64,000 nt of DNA from Candidatus Merdivicinus intestinigallinarum (GCA_018713335.1 DVOW01000025.1:46457-110456), one strand, 5' to 3'; positions 50,416-59,486 are shown, numbered from the stretch's first letter. The notes: generated by a model from the sequence alone, not told the origin. Numbers and translations: made by a program.

Positions 50416-51962
50416 TTATTCGCCTTTGGAAGCCATGAATTCATCCAGCTGCCGCTGCATTTCGTCCTGAACGGTCTGCAGGCCAGCCGCATCCATTGCC
50501 GCATAGTACTCGGGAACAGTGGTTTCCGGGTCGCGGGCGCCGGTGATGATTTCAGGCGCATACTGGGCGTACAAGGCCTGGCAGGCAGCCAGCTCCGTTG
50601 CCACAGGGGCGGAGTCGAACATGAAGCCCAGGTAAGGAGATTCCGCAGAACCTTCTACCCAATCCTGCACCTGAGTCCACTGGTCAGCAGTGTTGGGGGT
50701 GATGGGGGACATGGTGAAGAAGGTAGCCTGAGAATAGGTGGCGGGGCCGTAGTCGGACTGTTTCACTTCGTCGCGGGTGATGGTGCCATCGCCGTTGTCG
50801 GTCCAGTGAGTGCCTTCCACGCCGTAAGCCAGCATGTTCCGCATGGTGGGATCCAGGTTGCAGAGCTCCAGGTATTTCAGGGACTCTACAATGTGCTCAG
50901 AAGAGGAGGAGATGGCGTTCAGAGAGCCCTGTACGGTCCAGGTGGTGTACATGGGGCCTTCGCCGACGTTCATGACAACGTCACGGCCGGCAGACAGAGC
51001 GTAGCCGACTTCCGCGCCGGGATACGCCTGGGCGAAGAATACGGTTTTCGCAGTAGGAGCAGCGGTGGCGGTGGGGGCGTCAGGATTGATGATGCCGTCG
51101 TTGTACCACTTGTGGAGCAGCTTCAGGTTTTCCATAACGTCGGGCTGTTCCAGGATACGGATGATCTGGCCGTCGGCCTTTTCAATGTTGGCACCCATGA
51201 AGACGTTGTCAACGTTCAGGTCATAGGTATCAACAGGAGCGTATCCGTTTAAGCCAGTGTTGGTCAGGTACAGGGCATATTGGCCGATGGCGCTGTCCGC
51301 AGTGCCGTTGGCAATGCCTTCCTGAACGGTGTGTACAGCCAGGGATCCAGGTCCGCGAAGGTCTTGATCTCCTCGTAGGGGATGCTAAGGGCCTCTACTG
51401 TGGGCTGGTCCCAGACCCAGTAGTTGGTGCAGGAGGAGTCCTTATAGGTGGGGACAGCGTAAATGTGTCCTTTGTAGGTAACGCCTTCCCACAGGGAATC
51501 CGGAGTGAACTCTTCCAGTTCCGGGACTTCGGACAGGTAGTCCTCCAAAGCGGCCAGACGTCCTGTTTCAGCAGGCTGCGTGTAAACGGTGCTGCCGTTT
51601 AAGAACATAATGTCAAAGTATTCGCCGCCCTGGATCATGGCTTTCATACGGTCGCCGTAAATACCCCAGTCCAGATAGGTGTAATCACAGGTGACATTGA
51701 TTTTTTCCTTGGAGTATTCGTTCATCGCGTCAGTGACCATCTGAAGGTCATTGGGCTGCGGGCCGATCTGGACCCAGGAGAGATTGACGGTTTCGCCGGA
51801 AGCCGCAGCAGAGCTCTCCTCTGCGCTGCTTTCAGTAGAAGTTTCACTGCCGGTGCTGGCCGCGCCGGAAGAAGTAGTGTCATCGCCGCTGCATCCGGCC
51901 AGGCTCATAGAAACAGAAGCGGCAGCCAAGATAGCTGCAAGGATTTTTGCCTTGTTTTTCAT
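50416..51962 (-). pseudogene. ABC solute-binding lipoprotein, tandem paralog of 52072-53574, interrupted by one frameshift
   Basis: The track ORFs 51264-51962 (N-terminal, lipobox SLAGC) and 50416-51198 (C-terminal) are collinear with the intact 500-aa paralog. The C-terminal frame stays open upstream to at least 51349. Homology switches frame within about 51325-51340 (minus strand CTGTACACACCG). The total length of 1547 nt is not a multiple of 3. Confidence 0.75.
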
Positions 51963-51990
51963 ATTGGAAGCCTCTCAAATAATATTTGCG

Positions 51991-52026
51991 GCAATGGCAA
52001 TGAGAAACGGGTCCCATTGCCATTGC
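51991..52026 (-). promoter_or_regulatory. Intercistronic 12-bp perfect stem-loop between the two solute-binding-protein genes
   Basis: GCAATGGCAATG-12 nt-CATTGCCATTGC with no clear T-tract. It is a likely mRNA-stabilising or partial-termination hairpin downstream of the intact SBP gene. Confidence 0.5.
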
Positions 52027-52071
52027 ATGTTTGCGATTGCGATAAAAGAATTTAGAAAGGATTAAGCGAGC

Positions 52072-53574
52072 TTATTTGCCCAGGAACTCGTTGATCTGTT
52101 TCTGCAGCTCCGCCTCGATGTCCTTCAGGCCGGCTTCTTCCAGCTTGGCGTACATTTCGGGGATGGCGACGTTGGGATCAACAGAACCGGTGTAGATGTT
52201 GTAGTCGTAGGACTGGCAGACAACGGTGCAGGCAGAGATCTGGTTCTCAACAGAAGATTTGTCAAAGTTGAAGCCCATGAGGACGGATACTTCGCCGGTC
52301 TCGTTCCAAGCCGCTACGTCAGTGTACATGGTGGCGGGGTTAGGAGCCTCGGGGTACATGGTCATGAAGGTAGCCTGGGCGTAACCAGCCGGAGCGTAGT
52401 CGTTTTTCTTGACCTCATCTCTGGTGATGGTGCCGTCGTCGTTCTTGGTGTAGTGGGTGCCTTCGATGCCGTAAACCAGAGTGTTGCGCATATACTCGTC
52501 GGTGTTGACCAGCTCCAGGTATTTCAGAGCTTCCACCTGATGCTCAGAGGAAGAAGAAATGGAGTTGATGGAGCCCTGGATGGTGCCGTTAGACCACAGG
52601 GGGCCGCCCCAAGGTTCGGTAACAACCGGCACGCCGCGCTGGTTGCCCCAGCCCACTTCCGCGCCGGGGAAGCCCTGAGCAGAGCCGACGATAACATAGG
52701 TGGGAGCCTCAGTAACGGTAGCAGCATCGGGGTTGATGATGCCGTCCTGGTACCACTCGTACAGGGTCTGGTAGGTTTCCATCATCTCAGGCTGTTCCAT
52801 GATGCGGACAACAGTAGCGGTATCGTCGTCGTAACGGACGCCGATATGGGTGCCAGAGGGAGAAGCGTCATAGTTCATGAACTGGCCGTTGATGCCGTCG
52901 CGGATCATGTAGAAGGCGTATTTGCTGGTGGTGATATTGCCGGCGTTGATCTCGTCCTGGATCTGGCGGATATAGGGATCCATTTCTTTTACAGTGTGCA
53001 GATCCTGATAGGGGATGCTGTAATCTTCAACAATGTTGTTGTCCCATACCCAGTACTGAGTCTGGGTGTTGTCCTTGTAGGTGGGGACGCCGTAGATTGC
53101 GTCTTTGTAGGTAACGCCTTCCCAGCAAAGCTCCGGAATGAACTCTTTCAGGTCGGGAGTTTCAGCCAGCAGGTCGTCCAGGGCTGCAAACCGGCCCAGG
53201 TCGATGGCGGAGGTGTAAACGTCGCCGTTGTTGAACATGATGTCAAAATTTTCGCCGCCCTGGAGCATTGCTTTGACGCGGTCGCCCCAAACGCCCCAGT
53301 CCAGATAGGTGAATTCGCAGGTGACGCCGATTTTCTCAGAAGAATACTCGTTCAGGGCATCGGTTACCATGTCCAGGTCGTTGGGCTGGCCGCCGATCTG
53401 AATCCAGGAAAGGTTTACAACTTCGCCGGAAGAAGCGCCTTCGCTGGTGGAAGTTTCACCGGAGGTGCTGCCGCCAGTGGAAGAATTGCCGGTATCGCTG
53501 CTGCAGGAAGCAAAGCTGGCCATGGTGGCTGCCATTGCAGCAAGCAGGGCGATAACTTTCAGACTTTTTTTCAT
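52072..53574 (-). CDS. ABC transporter extracellular solute-binding lipoprotein (large LplA-like carbohydrate type)
   Basis: The start is moved to the ATG at 53574 (MKKSLKVIALLAAMAATMASFASCSS; signal peptide plus lipobox) after AAGGAGGA. 500 aa. Confidence 0.9.
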   Translation of the reverse strand: MKKSLKVIALLAAMAATMASFASCSSDTGNSSTGGSTSGETSTSEGASSGEVVNLSWIQIGGQPNDLDMVTDALNEYSSEKIGVTCEFTYLDWGVWGDRVKAMLQGGENFDIMFNNGDVYTSAIDLGRFAALDDLLAETPDLKEFIPELCWEGVTYKDAIYGVPTYKDNTQTQYWVWDNNIVEDYSIPYQDLHTVKEMDPYIRQIQDEINAGNITTSKYAFYMIRDGINGQFMNYDASPSGTHIGVRYDDDTATVVRIMEQPEMMETYQTLYEWYQDGIINPDAATVTEAPTYVIVGSAQGFPGAEVGWGNQRGVPVVTEPWGGPLWSNGTIQGSINSISSSSEHQVEALKYLELVNTDEYMRNTLVYGIEGTHYTKNDDGTITRDEVKKNDYAPAGYAQATFMTMYPEAPNPATMYTDVAAWNETGEVSVLMGFNFDKSSVENQISACTVVCQSYDYNIYTGSVDPNVAIPEMYAKLEEAGLKDIEAELQKQINEFLGK

Positions 53575-53665
53575 TGAAAAATCCTCCTTATGCATAACGC
53601 ATATTGACAGTTGTTTGCTGATGATTCAGCGTTATATTGACAGGAAAAACCTGAAAATATTGAGA

Positions 53666-54589
53666 TCAACCCTTTACGGCGCCGATGGTCAGACCGGAAA
53701 CGAAGTATTTCTGGAAGAAGGGGTAAGCGCAGGCGATGGGGAAGATAATGACGACGGCCATAGCCATCCGCATGGATTCACGAGGCATGGAGGCCGCGTA
53801 TTCGGCAGCGGAAACACCCATGGTGCTAGCGTTCTGGGCCAAGAATTCGATGTTCTTTTCTACGCTCATCAGGACAGCCTGGAGAGAGAACAGGTTCTTG
53901 TCGTTGATGTACATCAGGGACAGCCACCAGTCGTTCCAGTAAGCGAAGGTCAGAAACAGGCCGATTGTGGCCAGAACCGGCAGAGAGATGGGCAGCACGA
54001 TCTGGAAGAAGATCTGGAGCTGCGGCGCGCCGTCGATTTTAGCGGATTCGATGATGGAGTCTGGTACAGTGGTCCGGAAGAAGGTCTTACAAATAACGAC
54101 GTTGAAGGAAGATACCGCCATAGGCAGAATCAGGACCCACAGGGAGTTGTTGATGTGCAGAACGGTGGTGTACACGTTGTAGGTTGCAACCAGACCGCCG
54201 CTGAAGATCATGGGGATGAATACCACCCAGGTTAAGAAGCCTTTCAGCTTAAAGTTGGGACGAGACAGGCAGTAGCCCATGGTGGTGGTCAGGAACAGGC
54301 CCAGTACGGTGCCGCCCACGGTGACAACGATGGACACCAGCAGCGCACGGCCGATCATTTCCCGGTTGTTCCACAGATACCGGTAAGCGTCCAGGGACCA
54401 TTCCTGGGGGGTAAAGGAATACCCAATCTGCTGGATACTGGTGTCGCTGGAGAACGAAATGATTACGACGAAAATTACCGGGACAATACAGATCAGCGCA
54501 AGCAGTGCAAACAGCACAGTGAACAGCGCGTTGGTAACGGGATGCACCCGGTTAAACTTTTCAATGCCTTCCAATTGTTTTTTAGCCAT
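53666..54589 (-). CDS. Carbohydrate ABC transporter permease (LplC-like)
   Basis: 307 aa, six TM segments, a binding-protein-dependent permease pattern (IDGAPQLQIFFQIVLP). Confidence 0.9.
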   Translation of the reverse strand: MAKKQLEGIEKFNRVHPVTNALFTVLFALLALICIVPVIFVVIISFSSDTSIQQIGYSFTPQEWSLDAYRYLWNNREMIGRALLVSIVVTVGGTVLGLFLTTTMGYCLSRPNFKLKGFLTWVVFIPMIFSGGLVATYNVYTTVLHINNSLWVLILPMAVSSFNVVICKTFFRTTVPDSIIESAKIDGAPQLQIFFQIVLPISLPVLATIGLFLTFAYWNDWWLSLMYINDKNLFSLQAVLMSVEKNIEFLAQNASTMGVSAAEYAASMPRESMRMAMAVVIIFPIACAYPFFQKYFVSGLTIGAVKG

Positions 54590-54605
54590 AGGGATTCCTC
54601 CTTCC

Positions 54606-55562
54606 TTAAATAATCGCGCTGTCCGCGTCGATCTTGCTGATGATGAAGTTGCTGAGCAGGATCAGGATACAGCCTACAACAGACTGCAGGAATGCCGCCG
54701 CAGAGGACATGTTGGGGGAGAACTGGGTTTTCAGCGCATTGTAGATGTAAACGTCGATGGTGTTGGTGACCGGCGTCAGAGAAGCGGACGCCTTGGGAAC
54801 CTGATAGAACAGACCGAAGTCGGAACGGACCAGGCTGCCGATGTTCAGAATGAACATCATGATAATGATGTTTTTCAGGTGAGGCAGGGTAATGTATCGG
54901 GTCTGCTGCCATTTGGTGGCGCCGTCGATGAGGGCAGCCTCATACATGGTGGCGTCGATACCGGTGATGGTGGCCAGGTAAACGACCATGCCGTAGCCCA
55001 TACCTTTCCAGGTGTTCAGGAAGATCAGGAACACCGGCCAGTATTTAGGCTCCATGTACCAGTTGACAGTTTCGTAGCCCAGGCTTTCCAGGACCTTGTT
55101 GACCAGGCCGTTGTCGGGGCTTAAGAAAGCGAACACGAAGTAGGTTACAACAACCCAGGACATAAAGTAGGGGAAGAACATGCAGGTCTGGCAGATTTTG
55201 CCGTACCGTTTGCTGTACAGCTGGCTCATGAGCAGCGCCAGGGTTACCGGTACCAAGATCCCCAGGATCTGGAAAATAATGTTGTAGAACAGGGTCAGCT
55301 TAATAACATCCCACATACCGCCTGTTTGGAACAGAAATTTAAAGTTGTCAAAGCCGGCATTTTCACTCAGCAGCAGGTTGTAGAAAAAGCTGCGGTCGGG
55401 AGCCGTCACCTTGTAATCCTTAAACGCAATGATGATACCAAACATGGGCAGGAAGGAAAACAGGATGTACCACACCGTGGTGGGCAGCGACAAGAGAGTC
55501 AATTCAGTGTCGTCGCGTGTCCAGCTGAATTTCCGTTTTTTCTTCTGGGCCTGAGCCGCCAT
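54606..55562 (-). CDS. Carbohydrate ABC transporter permease (LplB-like)
   Basis: 318 aa with a basic N-terminus followed by six TM segments (IDGATKWQQTRYITLP). It is the first gene of the transporter operon. No ATPase gene is present in the locus. Confidence 0.9.
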   Translation of the reverse strand: MAAQAQKKKRKFSWTRDDTELTLLSLPTTVWYILFSFLPMFGIIIAFKDYKVTAPDRSFFYNLLLSENAGFDNFKFLFQTGGMWDVIKLTLFYNIIFQILGILVPVTLALLMSQLYSKRYGKICQTCMFFPYFMSWVVVTYFVFAFLSPDNGLVNKVLESLGYETVNWYMEPKYWPVFLIFLNTWKGMGYGMVVYLATITGIDATMYEAALIDGATKWQQTRYITLPHLKNIIIMMFILNIGSLVRSDFGLFYQVPKASASLTPVTNTIDVYIYNALKTQFSPNMSSAAAFLQSVVGCILILLSNFIISKIDADSAII

Positions 55563-56042
55563 AATATCACTCCATCTCCTAAAATTTTTTGAGGGGCAAA
55601 GTTTCGGATTTCAAAATGTAAAGCAATTTTTTACTGTTTACAAAAAAATGCGATTATTTCAATTCTGAAACAACCCCTTCCTTTTGCTTTATCTTTATAA
55701 TACCACAACTTTACCAAAAAGACAAGATGTTTTCAAAAAAATACCAATAAATCTTTAACTTCTCTGTTGAACCTTCATCAATTTTGAAAAAAAGACATTT
55801 TGCTACATTTTATCACATCAACTTTACATTATAAAAAATCTGTGAACGGATCTTGACAAGGTTTCGCCGCTTTTATGCACTGTATGCATAAATCAAAGCG
55901 GAATAATTCCGCTTTTCTTTGTGCAGTATGGGACCTGGATTTTATTTTGTAAACAGAAAACCGGCGGAAATGATACGTTTTCCAATTTTTTCTCTTGTCT
56001 TTTCAGCCAAATATTTTCCCCGATATTTTGTTGTTTTCTCTA

Positions 56043-56084
56043 TTGCAGGATTCTGGAAAATCGTGTATACTGAAAACGATTACA
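56043..56084 (+). promoter_or_regulatory. Candidate promoter with an overlapping catabolite-responsive element (cre)
   Basis: TTGCAG (56043-56048), a 17-nt spacer, then TATACT (56066-56071). TGAAAACGATTACA (56071-56084) fits the cre consensus TGWAANCGNTNWCA at every defined position. Confidence 0.55.
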
Positions 56085-56126
56085 AGGCTTTGGAAAGCCT
56101 GAAATTTTTGGCAAAGCGAGGTTTTT

Positions 56127-56852
56127 ATGATGGAATATGGTCTGCAAATGTACAGCCTGCGGGACATTACCGGCGAGGACCTGAAGGGCGCCTTGAAAAA
56201 GGTCAGCGAAATCGGCTATAAGGGCGTGGAATTCGCCGGCTTCTTCGGCCATTCCGCTGAGGAAGTCAAAAGCTGGCTGGACGAGTACGGCTTAAAGGTC
56301 ACTGGAACCCACACCGGCTACAATCTTCTGGCAGACGACTTTGACGGGACAGTTGCTTACCATAAAGCCATTGGCTGCGACACCCTGATCGTTCCCGGCG
56401 CGGACACATCCTGCGCCAAGGCGATGGATGAACTGGTGGAGAACTTCAATAAGTGGCAGCCCATGCTGGAAAAGGAAGGGATCTCCCTCCAATACCACAA
56501 CCACCACAGCGAGTTCCTGCCCAATAAGGACGGCCAGATCCCCATGGAAGAAATGGCCAAGCGCACCAATATCAAATTTGAGATCGACACCTACTGGGCC
56601 TTTGCTGCGAAACGCGACCCCCTTGAAGTCATCACCCGCCTGAAGGACCGCATTTCCTTTATCCATCTGAAGGACGGGAACGGCGGACATACCGGATACT
56701 CTCTGGGCATGGGTTCCGCGCCGGTGAAGGCGGTTTGGGAACGGGCCAAGGAGCTGGGCTTCTACATGGTGGTAGAGAGCGAAGGCTGCGATCCGGACGG
56801 CGTCAGCGAAGTCACCCGCTGCTTTGAGTATCTGAAGTCCCTGGGCGAATGA
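56127..56852 (+). CDS. Sugar phosphate isomerase/epimerase (xylose-isomerase-like TIM barrel)
   Basis: 241 aa. The AP-endonuclease-2/xylose-isomerase-like pattern is YGLQMYSLRD...GYKGVEFAGF...LQYHNHHSEF...FEIDTYW...IHLKDG. Confidence 0.85.
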   Translation: MMEYGLQMYSLRDITGEDLKGALKKVSEIGYKGVEFAGFFGHSAEEVKSWLDEYGLKVTGTHTGYNLLADDFDGTVAYHKAIGCDTLIVPGADTSCAKAMDELVENFNKWQPMLEKEGISLQYHNHHSEFLPNKDGQIPMEEMAKRTNIKFEIDTYWAFAAKRDPLEVITRLKDRISFIHLKDGNGGHTGYSLGMGSAPVKAVWERAKELGFYMVVESEGCDPDGVSEVTRCFEYLKSLGE

Positions 56853-56916
56853 TTTTTTGAATGTAAAACTGCACAAAAGAGAAAAATTAAAAATTTTGGT
56901 CAAGCTTGTTTTATGC

Positions 56917-57217
56917 CGTGAACAAGTTCACGACCGCTTGCAGGATTCCAAAGGACAGAGTCCTTGGTCGCGCTCCGCAGAGCGCGAAACCCTACTCCTT
57001 CGCGGCCCGGCCGCGAATTATCAGAAAAAAAGGCGGCTCGCAAGCCGCCCGCGGATGATACCGCGCCCGGATTTTGTGTGCAAAATCCGGGTTTAGAATT
57101 TTCTAAAATTTCTCCACGGCTCATTTGCGTCAGCAAACCACACGCCTTTGTGCAATTTGATAAAACATATTCCCTTTTTCGATACTCCAAGCCTTTCCCC
57201 AAGGGAAGGGCTTTTTT
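56917..57217. repeat. Array of six GC-rich palindromic hairpins in a 515-nt intergenic region, ending in two terminator-like stems
   Basis: CGTGAAC-aa-GTTCACG (56917-32). CCAAAGGAC-agag-TCCTTGG. CGCGCT-6 nt-AGCGCG followed by AAACCCTAC. TTCGCGGCC-c-GGCCGCGAA (56999-57017). GGCGGCT-cgca-AGCCGCC. CCCGGATTTTG-tgtg-CAAAATCCGGG followed by TTT (57066-57094). GCCTTTCCC-caa-GGGAAGGGC followed by TTTTTT (57191-57217). Confidence 0.5.
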
Positions 57218-57367
57218 GTTGCGGTAAAAATTTAGTTTTTTTGCGCTAAGCTGTCATGATTTTTTCTTCCCGCGGCAAACCGGTTTACGGGATGAGGAAA
57301 AATTGCTATAATAAAGAAAATCTATCCTTGGAAATTTGTGATGATCCATCCAAAAAGGAGAATAAAC

Positions 57368-58609
57368 ATGAAAGAGAAACTGAAAATTGGTGTGATCGGC
57401 CTCGGGGGACGCGGGTACGGCCTGATGACCTCTGTGATGCTGCCCCGGCCGGAAATCGACGTGATCGCCGTCTGCGACCTTTACGAGGACCGCCGGCAGA
57501 AAGCCGCGGATACAGTAAAGCAGGAACGGGGCATCGAGCCCCTCTGCACGGCTGATTACCGGGAGGTTTTGGCCATAGAGGAACTGGACGCCGTCATTAT
57601 CTCCGCTTCCTGGGCGGACCACCTGCCCATTGCCATTGCCGCCATGAAAGCCGGCAAATATGTGGGCTGCGAGGTCGGCGGCGCATACTCCTTAGACGAA
57701 TGCTGGGAGCTGGTCCGCACCTATGAGGAAACCGGCGTCCCCTGCATGCTCATGGAGAACTGCTGCTACGGGCGGGACGAGCTCATGGTCCTCAATATGG
57801 TGAAACAGGGCCTGTTCGGCGAGATTGTCCACTGCCAGGGGGGCTACCGCCACGACCTGCGGGACGAAGTGGCTTACGGCCGGGAAAACCGCCATTACCG
57901 CCTGGTCAACTACCAGAACCGCAACTGCGAAAACTACCCCACCCACGAGCTTGGCCCCATTGCCAAGGTGCTGAACATCAACCGAGGCAACCGGATGGTG
58001 TCCTTAAACTCCGTCGCCTCCAAGTCCGCCGGGCTGCATGAGTTCCTCATGCAGGAAAAGGGGCCGGAATACGACCTGAGCAGCTTTGATTTTGCCCAGG
58101 GGGACGTGGTGACCACCATCATCAAGTGCGCCCACGGCGAAACCATCACTCTGACCCTGGATACGACTTTGCCCAGGGCTTATTCCCGGGGGTTCCATGT
58201 CCAGGGGACCAAGGGGATGTACATGGAGGACAACCGCACCATTTTCCTGGACGGTGTCCACAACAAATATGATTTCTGCTGGAAGGACCAGTGGAACAAC
58301 GTGGAGGGATACCGGGAACAGTACGACCATCCCATCTGGAAGCAGTATTTGAAAGAGGGCGTCACCGGCGGCCACGACGGTATCGACTGGCTGGTGTTCG
58401 GGGCCTTCTTTGACGCGGTGAAGAAGGGCGTCCAGACCCCCATCGACGTGTACGATATGGCAGCCTGGATGAGCATTACCCCTCTGTCCGAGGCGTCCAT
58501 TGCCATGGGCGGCGCGCCGGTTGCCGTCCCGGACTTCACCAACGGCCGGTGGATCGACCGGGAGCCGATCCAGGAGGGCCATTACTGCCTGGAAAAGATC
58601 TGCGAATGA
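57368..58609 (+). CDS. Gfo/Idh/MocA-family NAD-dependent oxidoreductase, GH109-like
   Basis: The start is moved to the ATG at 57368 after AAAAGGAGAA. The Rossmann N-terminus is KIGVIGLGGRGYG. MENCCYGRDELMVLNMVKQGLFGEIVHCQGGYRHDLR resembles the GH109 NAD-dependent glycosidase family as I recall it. Confidence 0.85.
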   Translation: MKEKLKIGVIGLGGRGYGLMTSVMLPRPEIDVIAVCDLYEDRRQKAADTVKQERGIEPLCTADYREVLAIEELDAVIISASWADHLPIAIAAMKAGKYVGCEVGGAYSLDECWELVRTYEETGVPCMLMENCCYGRDELMVLNMVKQGLFGEIVHCQGGYRHDLRDEVAYGRENRHYRLVNYQNRNCENYPTHELGPIAKVLNINRGNRMVSLNSVASKSAGLHEFLMQEKGPEYDLSSFDFAQGDVVTTIIKCAHGETITLTLDTTLPRAYSRGFHVQGTKGMYMEDNRTIFLDGVHNKYDFCWKDQWNNVEGYREQYDHPIWKQYLKEGVTGGHDGIDWLVFGAFFDAVKKGVQTPIDVYDMAAWMSITPLSEASIAMGGAPVAVPDFTNGRWIDREPIQEGHYCLEKICE

Positions 58610-58615
58610 TCCTGT

Positions 58616-58656
58616 AAAAAATAGAGGGACGGCTGCTCCGTCCCTTTCTTTTTTTG
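58616..58656. terminator. Bidirectional intrinsic terminator
   Basis: AAAAAAT-AGGGACGG-ctgct-CCGTCCCT-TTCTTTTTTT, between convergent genes. Confidence 0.7.
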
Positions 58657-58664
58657 TAACGAGT

Positions 58665-59363
58665 TTATTTCCGGTTTCTGGGGTCCTCCTTTGCGGAACG
58701 GCTGCTGTCCGAGTGGCGCTTCATGTGCCGCCGGTACAGGAGGATGGAAGCAAGGCTCAAGAGAATCATGCCGCCAAGGCTGACCCAAAAGAGGGGAGAG
58801 GACAGATCCCCCAGGGAATCCCCCAGAAAGGTCCCGGCAAGCATGGCGGGTGCCATGCCCAAAAGTCCGCCCAGAAGGCTTGGCCAAAAGGGCTGTTTGC
58901 TGGCTCCCAGGTACATGCTTACCACATCCCCGGGCAAAAAGCCCAAAAGCCGGAGGATGCAGGAGAAAAACCAGGCGTTGTGCTGCTGGAAATCCCGGAG
59001 GCTGCGGGCTTTGGGGTATTTTTGGAAAATATGCTCCACCAGCTCCGTCCCGGCCAGCCGTCCAAGGCCGTAAGGCAGGGACAGCGCTGCCGCCGTCCCG
59101 GCCAGGTTCACCAGGATGGCAAAGACTGGCGGGAACAGCAGACCGCTGAGGGCGTAGATCACCAAAATCGGGAACACAATGGACAGACTTTTTAGGGCAA
59201 ACAAGCCCATGAGGGCCGCGGCCGCCGCCAGAGGCTGGGGCGGAATAACGGAAAGAAGAATATCCAATGAAAAATACTTTTTGTAATGAAAGGCGATGGC
59301 GGCCATGACGCCGACAGCGATCAAGGGCAGCCATTGCAGGAGCAGACGCCCGGAGTTTTTCAT
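58665..59363 (-). CDS. TVP38/TMEM64 (DedA-superfamily)-like membrane protein
   Basis: I prefer the ATG at 59363; the GTG at 59372 is an alternative and no strong RBS is present. It has 5-6 TM segments and the segment LLRLLGFLPGDVVSMYLGASK. Confidence 0.7.
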   Translation of the reverse strand: MKNSGRLLLQWLPLIAVGVMAAIAFHYKKYFSLDILLSVIPPQPLAAAAALMGLFALKSLSIVFPILVIYALSGLLFPPVFAILVNLAGTAAALSLPYGLGRLAGTELVEHIFQKYPKARSLRDFQQHNAWFFSCILRLLGFLPGDVVSMYLGASKQPFWPSLLGGLLGMAPAMLAGTFLGDSLGDLSSPLFWVSLGGMILLSLASILLYRRHMKRHSDSSRSAKEDPRNRK

Positions 59364-59486
59364 CTTTTTCACGATGGATCATCTCACAACAGGGATTTCT
59401 GCCTATATTGTACCCCTTTTTTGCCGAAACTGCAAGGATGAAATTCCGTCCTCGGCGATTTTAGAGGGAAAATGGTTCCTTTGCGC

